Shown here: piece by piece, positions 1 to 12,700 of the stretch
Layout of the letters: every line of letters starts with the position of its first letter
Numbering within the stretch: position 1 is the first letter of the stretch
DNA from: Phoronis australis
Lineage: Eukaryota; Animalia; Phoronida
Assembly: GCA_002633005.1 (NCBI GenBank)
Contig: NMRA01000001.1
Location: 4,072,102-4,136,101, forward strand
DNA: 64,000 nucleotides
Direction: 5' to 3'
Translations under genes and position numbers: made by a program
The notes under the pieces: model-generated
The model's database searches: none
Seen by the model: only the letters and a program-made list of their open reading frames with translations
Told to the model about the DNA's origin: nothing

Positions 1-596
1 TCATCTCAGAAATGGCTGATTGGATTCATATGAAATTTTCAGACACTATAAATGTTTTATGCACTGTTCTAAGAATCGTCGTAAGGAGCTGTTTTTAGAG
101 TATTCCACTTTTGTTTGAAGATTTTCATGAAAAATTTTTGAAGTTGCATGAAATGAAATGATATTTTAGAAAACTGTAACTGCGTTTTTGGTATCTCACC
201 TTGAACATTTATATCAAATAAAATTTGATTGTGTGATTGATACTATTGTTTTGCTTTCAAAATGTACCTTTCTTTTTTCCTGAGACAGGGTCAAATGACC
301 AAATTAAAAACAGATTGGTAAAAAATCAAAAATTAAATTTCACAGCCTTTCTACTTCCAGAAAATAATTATATATCTTTACTGAGTTAAAATCGATACTT
401 TTCGAGATAAATTGCTAAATGCAGACTTGTTGATAAGGGGCATACATAATCTTAAAAATGAACTCAATTCATATTTGGATTTAGTGTAGATTTAGAAACT
501 GTAGTTGTTTGGAGTTGAAACCAAATGTTATGTTTTGTAAAATGTCCGATGTTTAAACTCTGTCGCATCTCTTGCATTACACAACTTCCCTGTTAC

Positions 597-737
597 CTCT
601 TCTTAGCGTTGTTTTGCTCCTCTTTCCGCCACAGGTTCTTGAAATCTTCACAGAATCCCGTCCAAACAGAGAAGAAGTCGCTCGGAGTAGGCTGCGTTTC
701 TCCACCAAACATAAAGAACTGGGTCACTTGTTCAAAT
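597..737 (-). CDS. FMN: Formin exon, FH2 C-terminal part ([48 protein letters not shown])
   Basis: tctgtag acceptor and gtaac donor; phase 2 matches the upstream exon; similar to the FMN FH2 C-terminus. Confidence 0.9.
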
Positions 738-3700
738 CTACAGAGACAGAGTTTATTTCAGCTGTGGATTTAAAATAGCAACACGTTTTTGAAGATTTTC
801 AGTAACTCAGCACTAGTGTGCAGGGCAGGCTGATTTGACCGGGACAAAACGCAATTTCTTTCAATGAAAGACATTTTGATACATTGGGCATTTTTGTGTG
901 AATTCGTTGAGTACCCCGTCAAACAATAGTGGCAATTTGACACCATGATGGCCAGAGAATTTATAAAAACCATGGAAAAATCCCACTAAAGGGACATTGT
1001 AAGCGACCCTCCTCGATAAATGGTAGAGAGTATTATATATTTTAAGTGTTTGTAACTGGTTAACTCACTGGCTTTCATTTCAGCGAATGTTTGGCAGACA
1101 ATGGCGAAAATCGGGGATTTGTAATAAAAACACAAATTTTGTTGTTTTGAAGCTCTGATCAAAGCCAATAACTTCAAGAAGTTTATCAAATCCTACAATA
1201 AGCCCAAAAATGTTTTCCTCAGATGTAAAACTGATGATATTACATAAAATCCATACAAGAATGCAGAATGTTGTTTACTAACTACCCTATCATCATCATT
1301 AGTTTTTATAGTCTGCAGTGTCTAAAATGGCGGGAAAAGTATGTTGCCACCAACACTGACACCCACCTCTGTTCCCTAATCTCCAAACCAAAGAAGCTGG
1401 TCACATAAGTCTAGGCTCTATGGTAAGTGCTCAATGTAATTCCAACCAGTAAGAAGCATTCAGAGCTGCTGGTTGGGAAATGCGATGAAACGCGTAATGA
1501 GACAAAGACAAAGAAACCAAAATAGCCACTTGGGGACACCTCAGTAACTGAAGTTGTCCCAAAATCCATGTCAGATGTACTCTCCTCAATAAAAACATAT
1601 AATAAATTTCATGAAAATACGTCAATGAACTTCATAGACATTGAAGTACAAGAAAATAATGCCACTAAGGAGTACCACTGACAATAGCAGCAAGTCATCG
1701 CCTGCCATGCCTCAATTGGAACATATGTGCCAGTTTTCATAATGATCCTGCCAGAAGTTTGGCTGACAAAGGCAGGTGCCAAAAACAAACTCATAATTAA
1801 TTGAAATGGCCCTCAACTGACTTAAAATATGTCAAATCCGTGCGAAAATGGAAGAAGTCATTATCTCAAAGATACAACCCTATTTTGCCAAATTATAAAA
1901 AACAGAGGAAAATGTAAAAGTTTAAAACTGCCACTAGGGGGCAGAGCGGAGTTAATTGTCCTTAGTCGCCATTCTGTGTAGTCTTGACTGTTCAAATGCC
2001 CAAACCAAATTCCGCACAGATCCTGTATGGTGTTTTGCAGATCAGATACAAAAAACTGCCATTAGGGGCACTAGCCGGACACATAAACATTACATTGTAA
2101 TTTGTTTCTCAACATTCTATATTTTAGTGTTGACCTGCCAAAGAGTCAATGTTTGGAAACCTAACATTCATTCACTATAATAATAATAATAATATTCAAA
2201 TAGAACATAGTATTACTTGTTCTGGCAGTCTGTGAGATTTTCAACTTGATCAAGCCAGGCCGAGTTTGCCAGGCTAAGAAAAGCTTGCATGTGACTCCTG
2301 AAGGGTTCTACAAAATCCTCGGAGGGTGAAGATAATACCTTGTCTAATCGTAATTCACAACCTGAAACAGTAAATCACCATGCACAAAAATAAACTGGTA
2401 AAATAACAGATCACAGATGGAACATTAATACTGAAATTGTACAAACATTACGTAACAGAATTTTTGTGTTGTGCGATCTAGAATCCAGTCGCTGCGTATT
2501 TATTACCGCGCTGTCCTGATAACGTAAGCCGCTAGTTTAACATCTTAAATAACACTGATGGCTCAGTTGTGGTTACAGACGAGCAGGGGAGGATCCTTAC
2601 TTACCAGGGGCTGCCTAATTTAGAGCAGGCGGAACCTCCCAATGAAACTAAACAGTCTCTCCTACTGCCACTCGCGACACATGGCCCTCTCGGTTTACGG
2701 CCATAAAGAGAGGTTATAACCCTATCGCCAAAAGCTGCTACTTCTCTGTGCATGTCTGCCGGGCGGGCAGCTCACACTTTTCTAAAAATTGTCAGCTGGC
2801 CGGTGGGAGTGTGACTCCTCCTACGCCCTTCGCCGTTGAAGTATGGTATGTAACTTTCTTCCGTCGTTGATTACTGACATCCAATACAGTTTAATCCATA
2901 GCTGGGGGTTCGAATGGTGAGTGCCAGAGCGTGTCCACACGACGGTGGGTCATGCACGCTGCACCTTTAGGGCTCCAACCTGCTCCAAGATCCTCTATGC
3001 AATTAGCCTGAAGCCGCAAGGGTATCCAGTTTATGTGTGTTACCACGGAGAGGTAAAACATAGAAGCCTTGGTGAGGGAGAGGCTGTGTACTGGCAGGGA
3101 TGGCTGACGCACTCGGCTTCCTTTTCGCTTGTGCTAGCCACTTGCACTTTACAGAGTGCAAGGTGCACAAAAGCAGATTTACAAACGAAAAACTGGTCAT
3201 GTGAAAGATTCCTGGATCCCCCTATTCAGCTCTATTAATGGTCTCTTCACCAGTGTTTATATACCAGGACACTGTGGCATCTCATTCAATGTCAAGGCGG
3301 ATGAACTTGCAGGCATCGCAGAACCGATTGCCGACCTGCTCCTCACACCAGCAGACGTAATCTCAAGAGTGCGTGAATCGCTTACAGATGCCAAGATTGT
3401 ACAACAGCAGGAGAGATGGGTAACAAAGCGCCTCATAGAGCAAGGATGGCAATACGGAGATGCAGCAAAAACTCGTATCAGGGGAAAAGATCGAAGAGTG
3501 TGTAACCAGCATGAACTTGGTTGCATCTCCAAATTTACATTGCGTGCGATACTGGAAGGAGGAGGGCAAGAGACTATCCCGGTGCCTACCCTCTGACGTC
3601 ACCACAGAAACAGAAACAGAAACGTAACAGTACATGCCACAAATTTTTATCTAACTGGTCAGAAAAATAGCCAATTAGTCAGCTAATTTTTAGCAAATCA

Positions 3701-6700
3701 GCAGCACACCGCACCGCCGACTAAATGTCTCTCACTACCAACTCTTTGATGCCGACTACTCACTGCAGACTTTGAGTTTCGTCGTGGCAGGCTGGTAATG
3801 TTTATTTAAGACTGGATGGCCACACAACTATGTTTTCATTTTGAAAATAAAACTTTTTTAACATCTTCAAAAACTCAGATTAACAAAGGCTTCCTGGTCA
3901 TGGCCAATAAGAACATTGTTTTATTACCCCTTCTTGGTGTTGAATATCTGTGCCCAGATGTAACGACTTTTAGAGTTTGGAAACAGTATTTGAAATTAAG
4001 TATAAACCAACATCAAAATTTTGTTTGGCTCGTGCATTACTGGAATGTAACGAAAACTGGACTTGAAATGGTTGGTCAGTATCAAACTGTAGGCAAGAGA
4101 AGTCTGCATATCAAGTCGGCGCTGCAGTCGGCAAGGCAGTCTGCTGCCAGTCTGTTAATTTTACAGCAGAACAGTCAGTTTAGTTCTGACTGGTCCCCAA
4201 CTAGTTTCTGAAAATTTGTGACCAGTGCTGTATGTTAACATTTTATGTTGAACTGAAAAGCGAAATACACATTCAAGCCTCACCCATACTTACCCTTGAG
4301 GTGTGTTTTGACGTTGTCTAAGTCTTTACGTAGGTCCTCGAAGCTGACCAGCGATGCTTGACTAATGTCACTGGGGTGAGGCGTGGGAAGGACAGCCCTA
4401 TCTGTGCCACTTTCAGGGTCAATACGGGTCACATATTCGTGTACCAGGTAGTGTAACAAACTCCGAGAATTATCCTAGATGAATACAAGGCACTTATTCA
4501 AAAGCATATAATTCACTTAAAATTAAATGCAATCCAAACTTAACTGATGATGCAGTTAAATCTCCCCAATTTGGGATACAACATGGCGGACAAGTGAAAT
4601 TTCATTTTCTCATTTTTTCACAAAAGATGCGTAGCACCAAATGGACATTTTTCCAAGTTCTAACTCTGTGTCACAGATGACAACGGACTCTGTCATGACC
4701 CAAAACCCACATCAGTAGTTATTTTCGTCACGAGAAACATAATAATACACATTTCATGAAGATCCACAAAAGGAACTTGGAAGACATTGAGTCATATGCC
4801 GACTAAAAAACAAAATTGCCAATCGAAGTCGACACAGCAGTCAGGCCTATCCAAAAATCATAATCAGCTGTGTCCAACCCAATAGGAACATACGATGTTC
4901 ATAATGATTTTAGAGTGATTTGACTAGTAGAGAGGTGGACGTCAAAAACCAGACACAAAAGTAATAAAAAATGGCCATTTGGTGATAACAAATTACATAG
5001 ATCCTTCTGAAAATGGAAAAGTCTCTCTCTAATAGAATCTACTCGCCAAATTCTATGAAAATCTATCACCGAACTTCAAAGATAAAGAGAAAAACGTAAA
5101 AATTGCAGTTTCCATAATGACGAATAAAGTGGGAGATAAAAAACTCAAACATGGCCACTAGGTGGCATAGAATATGTCAAACCAATCTGAAAATGTGAAT
5201 GAATCATTGTCTCCTTAATAGAAACCAATGACAAATTTCTTGAGGTAGGCATAAAAAAACTAAAATTGCCACAGCGGTGTTAGGAACTGTCAAAAAATGT
5301 GTTTGTGTCATACAGTCTATGGCATGGGCATGCACACAAGCATGCACAAAGAAAGACACAAGGTAATTAAAGACCTAGTCATTTCTTACCAAAGAAAACA
5401 TTGACCATTTCCAGAGACAAAAGCATCTGAATCATTGCACAAACCTTGCTTTTCACATCTTTGAGTTTTGCAAGTATTTCCAGACTAAAGCCATCTGCCT
5501 GTCCCCTCATGCGATTGCCTCCATTCATGTAGTTACCAAATGCCAAAACTAGCGCCATCACTTGGTGTAGAGATTCCTTGGTCAGTAACATCTGTTAGAA
5601 TAGTCAAAACATGGTCACAATAGGAATGGATTTTTGACATCCTACAGTTGACTTTTTGTATAACGTCTAACAAAAAAAAACAGGCTCAAAAACATTTTAT
5701 GCTGAAAAAGGTCATAAAAATTACTAGAAAAGCCCAGGCAAGTACAACTCCAAGCTTGTCCTGCACTTGAAAACTTTCATTTGAAAACCCAAAAACTAGG
5801 AAAACTAACACTGAGTGATGAGCATTTAATCATATTTAGCATTAATGTTGATTCGTACAAAACATTACTCAAAATAAATTTGGAAATTAAAAATGAAAAC
5901 AAAAACTTAACCCAAAAATTCTTTCCAAAATGCTTTACTTAGAGTGCCAAAATGACTTTCCAATAAGTTTGAAATAATATGTAAAATGATGACAAATGAT
6001 CAAAAAAATCAACACACGTACGTACATCACAGATCATTTTGAGATTGTTTAACTTTGCTTCAATGGCACCAATTAACTCGTGAAACGTTGTCTGGAATGT
6101 CATGCAGAAAATCCTGTCACTGAAGCATGGTATTTTGGCGACATCATATAGAAATCTGAAAAAACAGTTGAACACTACAGTTAAAAAGCTGGTCAGATAA
6201 CTAGGTTTCTGCCATGACGTTTCCAATGAAAATTTTAGTCATCCTCTTTCTCATTATGTACAGATGTACTAGTCTAAGAACAAGAAATGAGATAATGCAA
6301 TATTGAATAAATATGGAACATGGAATACACATGCCCAGTAGAATTATTACCCATATATTACAGTCAGAAAATAACACCATAATCTAAACACTCAACAGGA
6401 GGCGTTAAGCAATACTTTTCTGGAGTATCAAGTGGGATGTCAGACATAGTCTCCAGGTGTGACGTAATTCGCTCAAGTTCTTCATTGGTTGGTTTCTGAA
6501 AAAGAACATAGTCCTCGTAAGAAAGTCAATGCATAGTGTGCACTGTTTGTCTTCAACATACTTTCCAAAATTATACCCCAATAATTATCGTAATCAAAAG
6601 TTATATCAACGATCATTAAAAAGGCAAACATTCTCCACAGTGGGACAGTCTCTCAAATATGGGACATCGGAATGAAAGTGGAAATTGAATTTTCTTGATT

Positions 6701-9700
6701 CTGAAGATTGGTACTCTGGCAGTTTTGGCATTCATCATATTTAGCGATTATCGGACAGTGTTTTGTATTCAAAAAGTATGAAATAGAATTAGCAGTTCAT
6801 AAATTCATCAAAAATATCTCCTAATGCAACATGTTCATGCATCTCCATAATCTGTAACCTACAGGTTACTGACCCTTTGTCATTGATCCTAATTCTTGAA
6901 TTTGGGATGGCCAATTTGATACAAGCTCCAACCTTGCAAAATAATTTTTTTACTGGAGAATTTTTGTAATGTTAAAATTATTTCTTTATAAACCAAACAA
7001 CTAGCAAAAGAGACCTACAAAAAGCATGCATGTATTGATATTTCCTATGACAAAGTGTTTTAAAACACAGTGCCTGACTCAATTGCATACGTTAGTTCAA
7101 ATTTCTAGTTTTCTAGTCAAGCTGCGAACATTTCCCAAACTTTTACACAGTGTCACCTAATGTGTAATTTGTTTACAGTACGGACGTGCAATACATACAC
7201 CTAATAATGAAAATTCTTTATGGAAAGTACAGTCAGTAGTTTTTCATTTAATATCTACTTGACATTGTGACATAACAGCCAAATATTTTCAGACTGGTGA
7301 AAAATTAGTGCACTCTAGAAACAATCCCAAATTTTTGACCCATTAGCTTTAGTCTTCCAAGACTTCCAAGCCCTGCAAAACATTGAGCTAGGCATGTTGA
7401 AACCAACACCAAGTTTCATAACATAGTATCATTGTTGATTGATAATTAAGAGCCTTACCATTTCATTGATTGCTTGCAGTGTGTCCAGGTCTATGGCAGA
7501 AGAGTCAAACATAAGCAGTGCTGAAATAAACAAGAATTACTGGCAACTGTGAAATAAAATGTGGGGATTTTGAAAACACATCAGCACTTTGTCAGATGGA
7601 GAGGGATGACGGCATAATGAACAATATATAGATATAGATATATACGGGTGTATAAAATAATCAAGGCTTTCAAAAATGACCCTTAAATACCCCAAAACAA
7701 GCACACCATTCTTAGATTATCAAAATGACAAAACCATAGATGTCGGCTTCAGTGAATGTTGTAAGGAAGCAAACACACTGCTAGCCTAACTACCCAAGCA
7801 GTCTTGTTGATCTCACACTGAATGAGACAAGACACTTACAACAAGTTTGGTATGGTATCTGAAGTAAATGAATGCAAGACATAACCCAAAAAGCTATATT
7901 GCTATACGCCTGGAGAGTTCCTTTAGCGGACAGGATATGTGAGCTAGTCATAAATGATCAAAAGCTATGTAGCCATTTGCATGCTAACAAAACTTACCAT
8001 TTTCTATATCACGCGAGTCTAAGTGAAGACTTCTGATCAAAATTCCGACAGATTGGGAACGCCTGTCATCCAACAGCTTAGCCACCTGTGATAGAGAGAC
8101 AGATACCCATAGTTTATTGAGCCGTTCAATATGACATAATAATATGACCAGCTCATTTGCACAATGAAGACTAGGAGACAAACACAAGGTTTCATGGGAG
8201 CTCCTTTGAAACCGACATACATAACCAACAACACCACGGGTGAGAAACAACATGACCGCCAGTCCTCTTAAATCGTACCGACTCACCCAAAACAGGATCT
8301 CCGGGGATCAAATGGGACCGTCGCACCAGAAAATTGGACTGACACACCTAAAACATGACTGCCCCACCAGAAAACAAGGACTGCCAGGGACTGAACATGA
8401 CCGCCGGGGATTGAAACCGCAGTGACAAACAAGTTAAGATTTATTACCGGTAGGCCTACACAGATCATACAATGGAGCTATATACGTATGCATATGCAGG
8501 TCTCGTGCCCGGCCGATTACTCCAACGAAATCTTTTGTGCGCTACAGGACACTTCGCTTTGTAACACGTGGCGCTTTGAGTTTTAACCACAAACCAACCA
8601 CGTTGCACGCTTTTGAGCTAAATAATTACAACTTTATCCACTGCGTAAGTTTTAGAACAAAATGAAAATCGTTTTCTCAAATTTGACATTTTAGTCAAAA
8701 AAAAACGGGCGTTCTGGTTCTCGAGTGAAGCATCATAACTAGCCTTTGTGCGGCAAAGCAGTATTAATATACAGCTTGGCGTCGATGTGGGTAAAACACT
8801 GAACATATAAAATCTTCACCGAATTAGTGTTATTAACGACACTCTTCCTTGAGTAAACTAAATTATTTATCGGCGCTCGCCGGGAAAAATTGTCGTTCTG
8901 TCGTTATTCTGCTGCTAAAATTGAGATGCGTTCTTTTAGGTCGGCTTACATTGACCAGTTCCTTAATTTTTTTCAATGTTCAGTCAGCTCTTCTTCTCTT
9001 CTACGAGGTTGCGTACTTGGCACATCAAATTATCTGAACTGGTTTCATTTCGTCATAAGTTTTTAGTAATACCAGCAAATTGAATTTCAGAACAAATCGT
9101 GCTGCTGCGAAGTTGAGTCATCATCTTCCGAAAGATGTCGCAAAATTTTAGGATATGTCGCGTGCTCATATCACGAGTGCAACAGTCTTTTGTGTTACAT
9201 TAGGCAAACAAATGACGTTCATTAGATTGTTTTTCACTCAAGCGGCTGCAACCTGCAAGGTGAGTGTTGATTGACTCCTAGCTCTACATGTTGATATAAG
9301 TTTCACGACGAGGTGACGAGCAGAACTATACCCGGGCTGTGAGAAATTTCGGGGATGTAACTGAGCTCAATAACGCAGTGCTACCAAGCTTTATTTTGGC
9401 GAGTCTTTACACAGCTAGCTGACCGGTTACGTAATCATAAGCAGTATCATACAGAGACATTGATAACTACATATTGTCCGGCGGTCATGTTCAGTCCCCG
9501 GCGGTCCTGTTTTCTGGTGGGGCGGTCATGTTTTTAGGTGCGTCAGTCCCATTTTCTGGTGCGATGGTCCCGTTTGATCTCCGGAGGTCCTGTTTTGGGT
9601 GAGTCAGTCCGATTTAGAGGACCGGTGGTCATGTTGTTTCTCACCCGTGAACACTGCTAAAGCTAAACCGCTGAAAACAAGGAACAATTAAATGAAAAAA

Positions 9701-12700
9701 ATACATACCGATAAGTTTGATATTCAATGTAAAGTCCAGTGGAAGAATGAAATAATTTTATGAAAGAAAAAACAAAAACAAAGTATTCGTTAATGCATTT
9801 AATTTACTCAACTGTCAGGTATAAGATTTCGAAAAAATGGTGAGATGACAAAGACGAGAAACAACCGAAATGAGATCTTGAACATGGTCAGTAAAAGATT
9901 CCTTCTTCGGAATACCTAAAGCAGTTTTGTTTTATGCATATTAAGTAGGTGAATAATGACTGATTAAAACTTCATCTCTTACAACCACATACTTCTTTGA
10001 CTTTCTTCTTCTTCTTTTCAGTCTGAGGTTTCTTTTTTGTCACTACAGACCGAGAGAACATCTCATCGAATTCGTCAACACAAAACTCTGGTTCACTTAT
10101 GGTCTCCCACAGTGACTTGACAGAAGTATTCTCATCTGACCTGGAAGGAATCATATGCTTGATGACAATGTTTTGCTTTTTAGTTTACAGTCACTGCTCT
10201 CTTATATGGCACTGACAAAAACAACAAATATATCACAGAGAAACTGGCATATCGTCAAATGAAAAATAAAAAATACAAACATGTGTCTAGAAGATACGCT
10301 GCACTACAGAATTTCACTTGTGTACTGGAATGTTAATTTAACCATTCCAGTCAAGATGTAAACTATATCACAGTGCGAAATTGAATCTACCAACACACAG
10401 ACAGGTTTTTTTTCTGCTACAATTTGAGGACCATGCCTCGTGGGGGTATCTGGACTTGGTTCCCTTCGAGAGGCCTCTGTTGACAGTACATGCATGATGT
10501 ACAGAACGCATGTTGTTTATCATGCACGTAATAAATGAAAACATCACAAACATCTGAGTACTACAACTTGAAAATGAAAAAACAGCATTACACATATCAC
10601 ACAGAGCGTGGAATGGAAAACAACTACGTTAATCCAAACAAAACAATGATCTGGCACGAAAGTGAAAATATCCGCACAAATTTAGCCTCGACGATTTAGT
10701 CAAAATTAGAGACAGACATGTCTGCATGGTTATCGTTTGTATACTCAGGGTGGCTAAAACATAAAGGGTAGTAACGCTATCTGCCAACACAGTCAAGCTT
10801 AGGCAGAGTTTGCTGCGCAAAATTGAAGAAGTTTTGAATTGGGAAATCACAAAAAGAACCCTAGACATTATAATCCAGTGGTGAAACCCAGGATCTCATA
10901 ATGTACACAGCTGACCTCGTCCTAGCCTATATTGGGCTATGTTCTCAGTGATAATTACTGTGTGCAAATTAAGACTAGTATAGGCCAATGTGAGTTTTAA
11001 GGATATTCTGTACAGAAACGTGAAATTAATAAGCAAATGCACAAACTATACACAACACTGACCCTCTTAACTTTTGAAAACCGCTTTTGCCCACTTGTTT
11101 TTTTTTTCTTACCGGGAACGGGTTGATAACTTTTTATCTAAGCTTTGAACTTGAAGTACCAAAACAGTCGTAGATTTTGATCGCCAGCTAAACTTAATTA
11201 GTTAAGTTCATTGTGAGCCCATCCCTAAAATTACCACATTACAGGTACACTAAACATTTCACATGACGGTGTCATTAAAGTTTAATCTTTACCAGAACTC
11301 AAATCATAAAATATATACAAAAGTGCAAATACGATGATAACCAAACTGAAGATTTGGAATCTCTGGACAATTTCGGTGGCACTGACAATTATATAACTAT
11401 TCTAGCTCTTTGTCAGTAATAAAAAATGAAAAGTGGGCACAACAGCTGTTTCTTGGTCAAAAATCTGGTCAAACGAGATTGAAAGAATATTAAAAAATGA
11501 ATCCATGGGATATTGTTAATTCTGATCTGCATTTGTATATCCACCGAGTATATCAATATGCGCGGTAGTTTATCTTCAATCGTACCCAATGCTTGTAGTT
11601 TTTAGATTTTTAGTTCATTGACTTTTAAAAATCGAAAACCGTACTTGGTTGGGTTTTTTTCCAGCTGAATACCACCATGATGTTCGTTAATAACCAAAAC
11701 TAGTCGTTAATGCATTTTGAAAATTCGCCATTATGTACAGTCAGAGATGTCTAATACAGTTTATGGTCGCATAATTATATTTAATTGGGTCTTGCTCGCA
11801 TCGAGCAATGCAGTCATCACAACTGTGACTGATTCCGGCGCCGCGCTCTCTTTGATCCTGCGACGAGCCGCTCAGATGGACGAGCAGTGAAACTTCCTTG
11901 TATTCACGGTATGCGCAACTTCCCATAGGAAGGATGACCCCATTACAGTGTATTGGTCATCTAGGTTTGTCACGCGGTGCATCTTTTTAAGATATCACGA
12001 GATTTGTTTATAATTGATTTGATCCGCATTGTAACAGTAGTTAATAGCATTAATTTTCCACGTGATTTAAATTGCCCGTCATGATGGACGACTTATACCC
12101 AACCACCATAGTGTGAAATTCATCTTGCGCTGACTATGGGTCATTTTGTCTATTTCTGTTTGGCTTGTACCATACCTTACTGTTAGACTAAAATGCTGTT
12201 GGGGTGCTTTTGGGCAATGAAGCTCGGCTGCGGGAGTTTGGAATGCAAGTTGGCCAAAATCTCAACTCTTAATTCCAAATTTCAGGTCGCATATGCTACC
12301 TGCAGCTCCTTGAGTCAACCCATGTAATGTTGCGGATCATGACCAAGTTTCATCACTTGTAGATGGTGTTTTCAAATCTTTTTTACATAAACCAAACATG
12401 ATGTAACAAGTACACTCTAACACTAGATTAAAAAATTATGAATCACAACTTTGGAACATTCTAAAAATAACAAAAAAAAAACAATGTGAGGAAACATAAA
12501 TATCATACTCATTCGGACTTTCCGGGAGGGACAAGGGGGCAGATGGTGACAGCTGGATTCTCTTCCAAAACAGTGGCTTCATGGGTGACTTGGTCACTAC
12601 AGGGGGTTTTCTTGGCCCTACGAAGAATATAATTGGTGTTGAAATGCAGACTGTGCACGATACTTCTTTCCCAAATATATTACCTTGGTGTGTTATAATG

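Noticed and set aside
3816-4211. 131-aa ORF downstream of the RNase H ORF as a second retroelement gene
   Set aside because: It lies outside the TSD, inside a degenerate inverted-repeat element, and has no protein motif.
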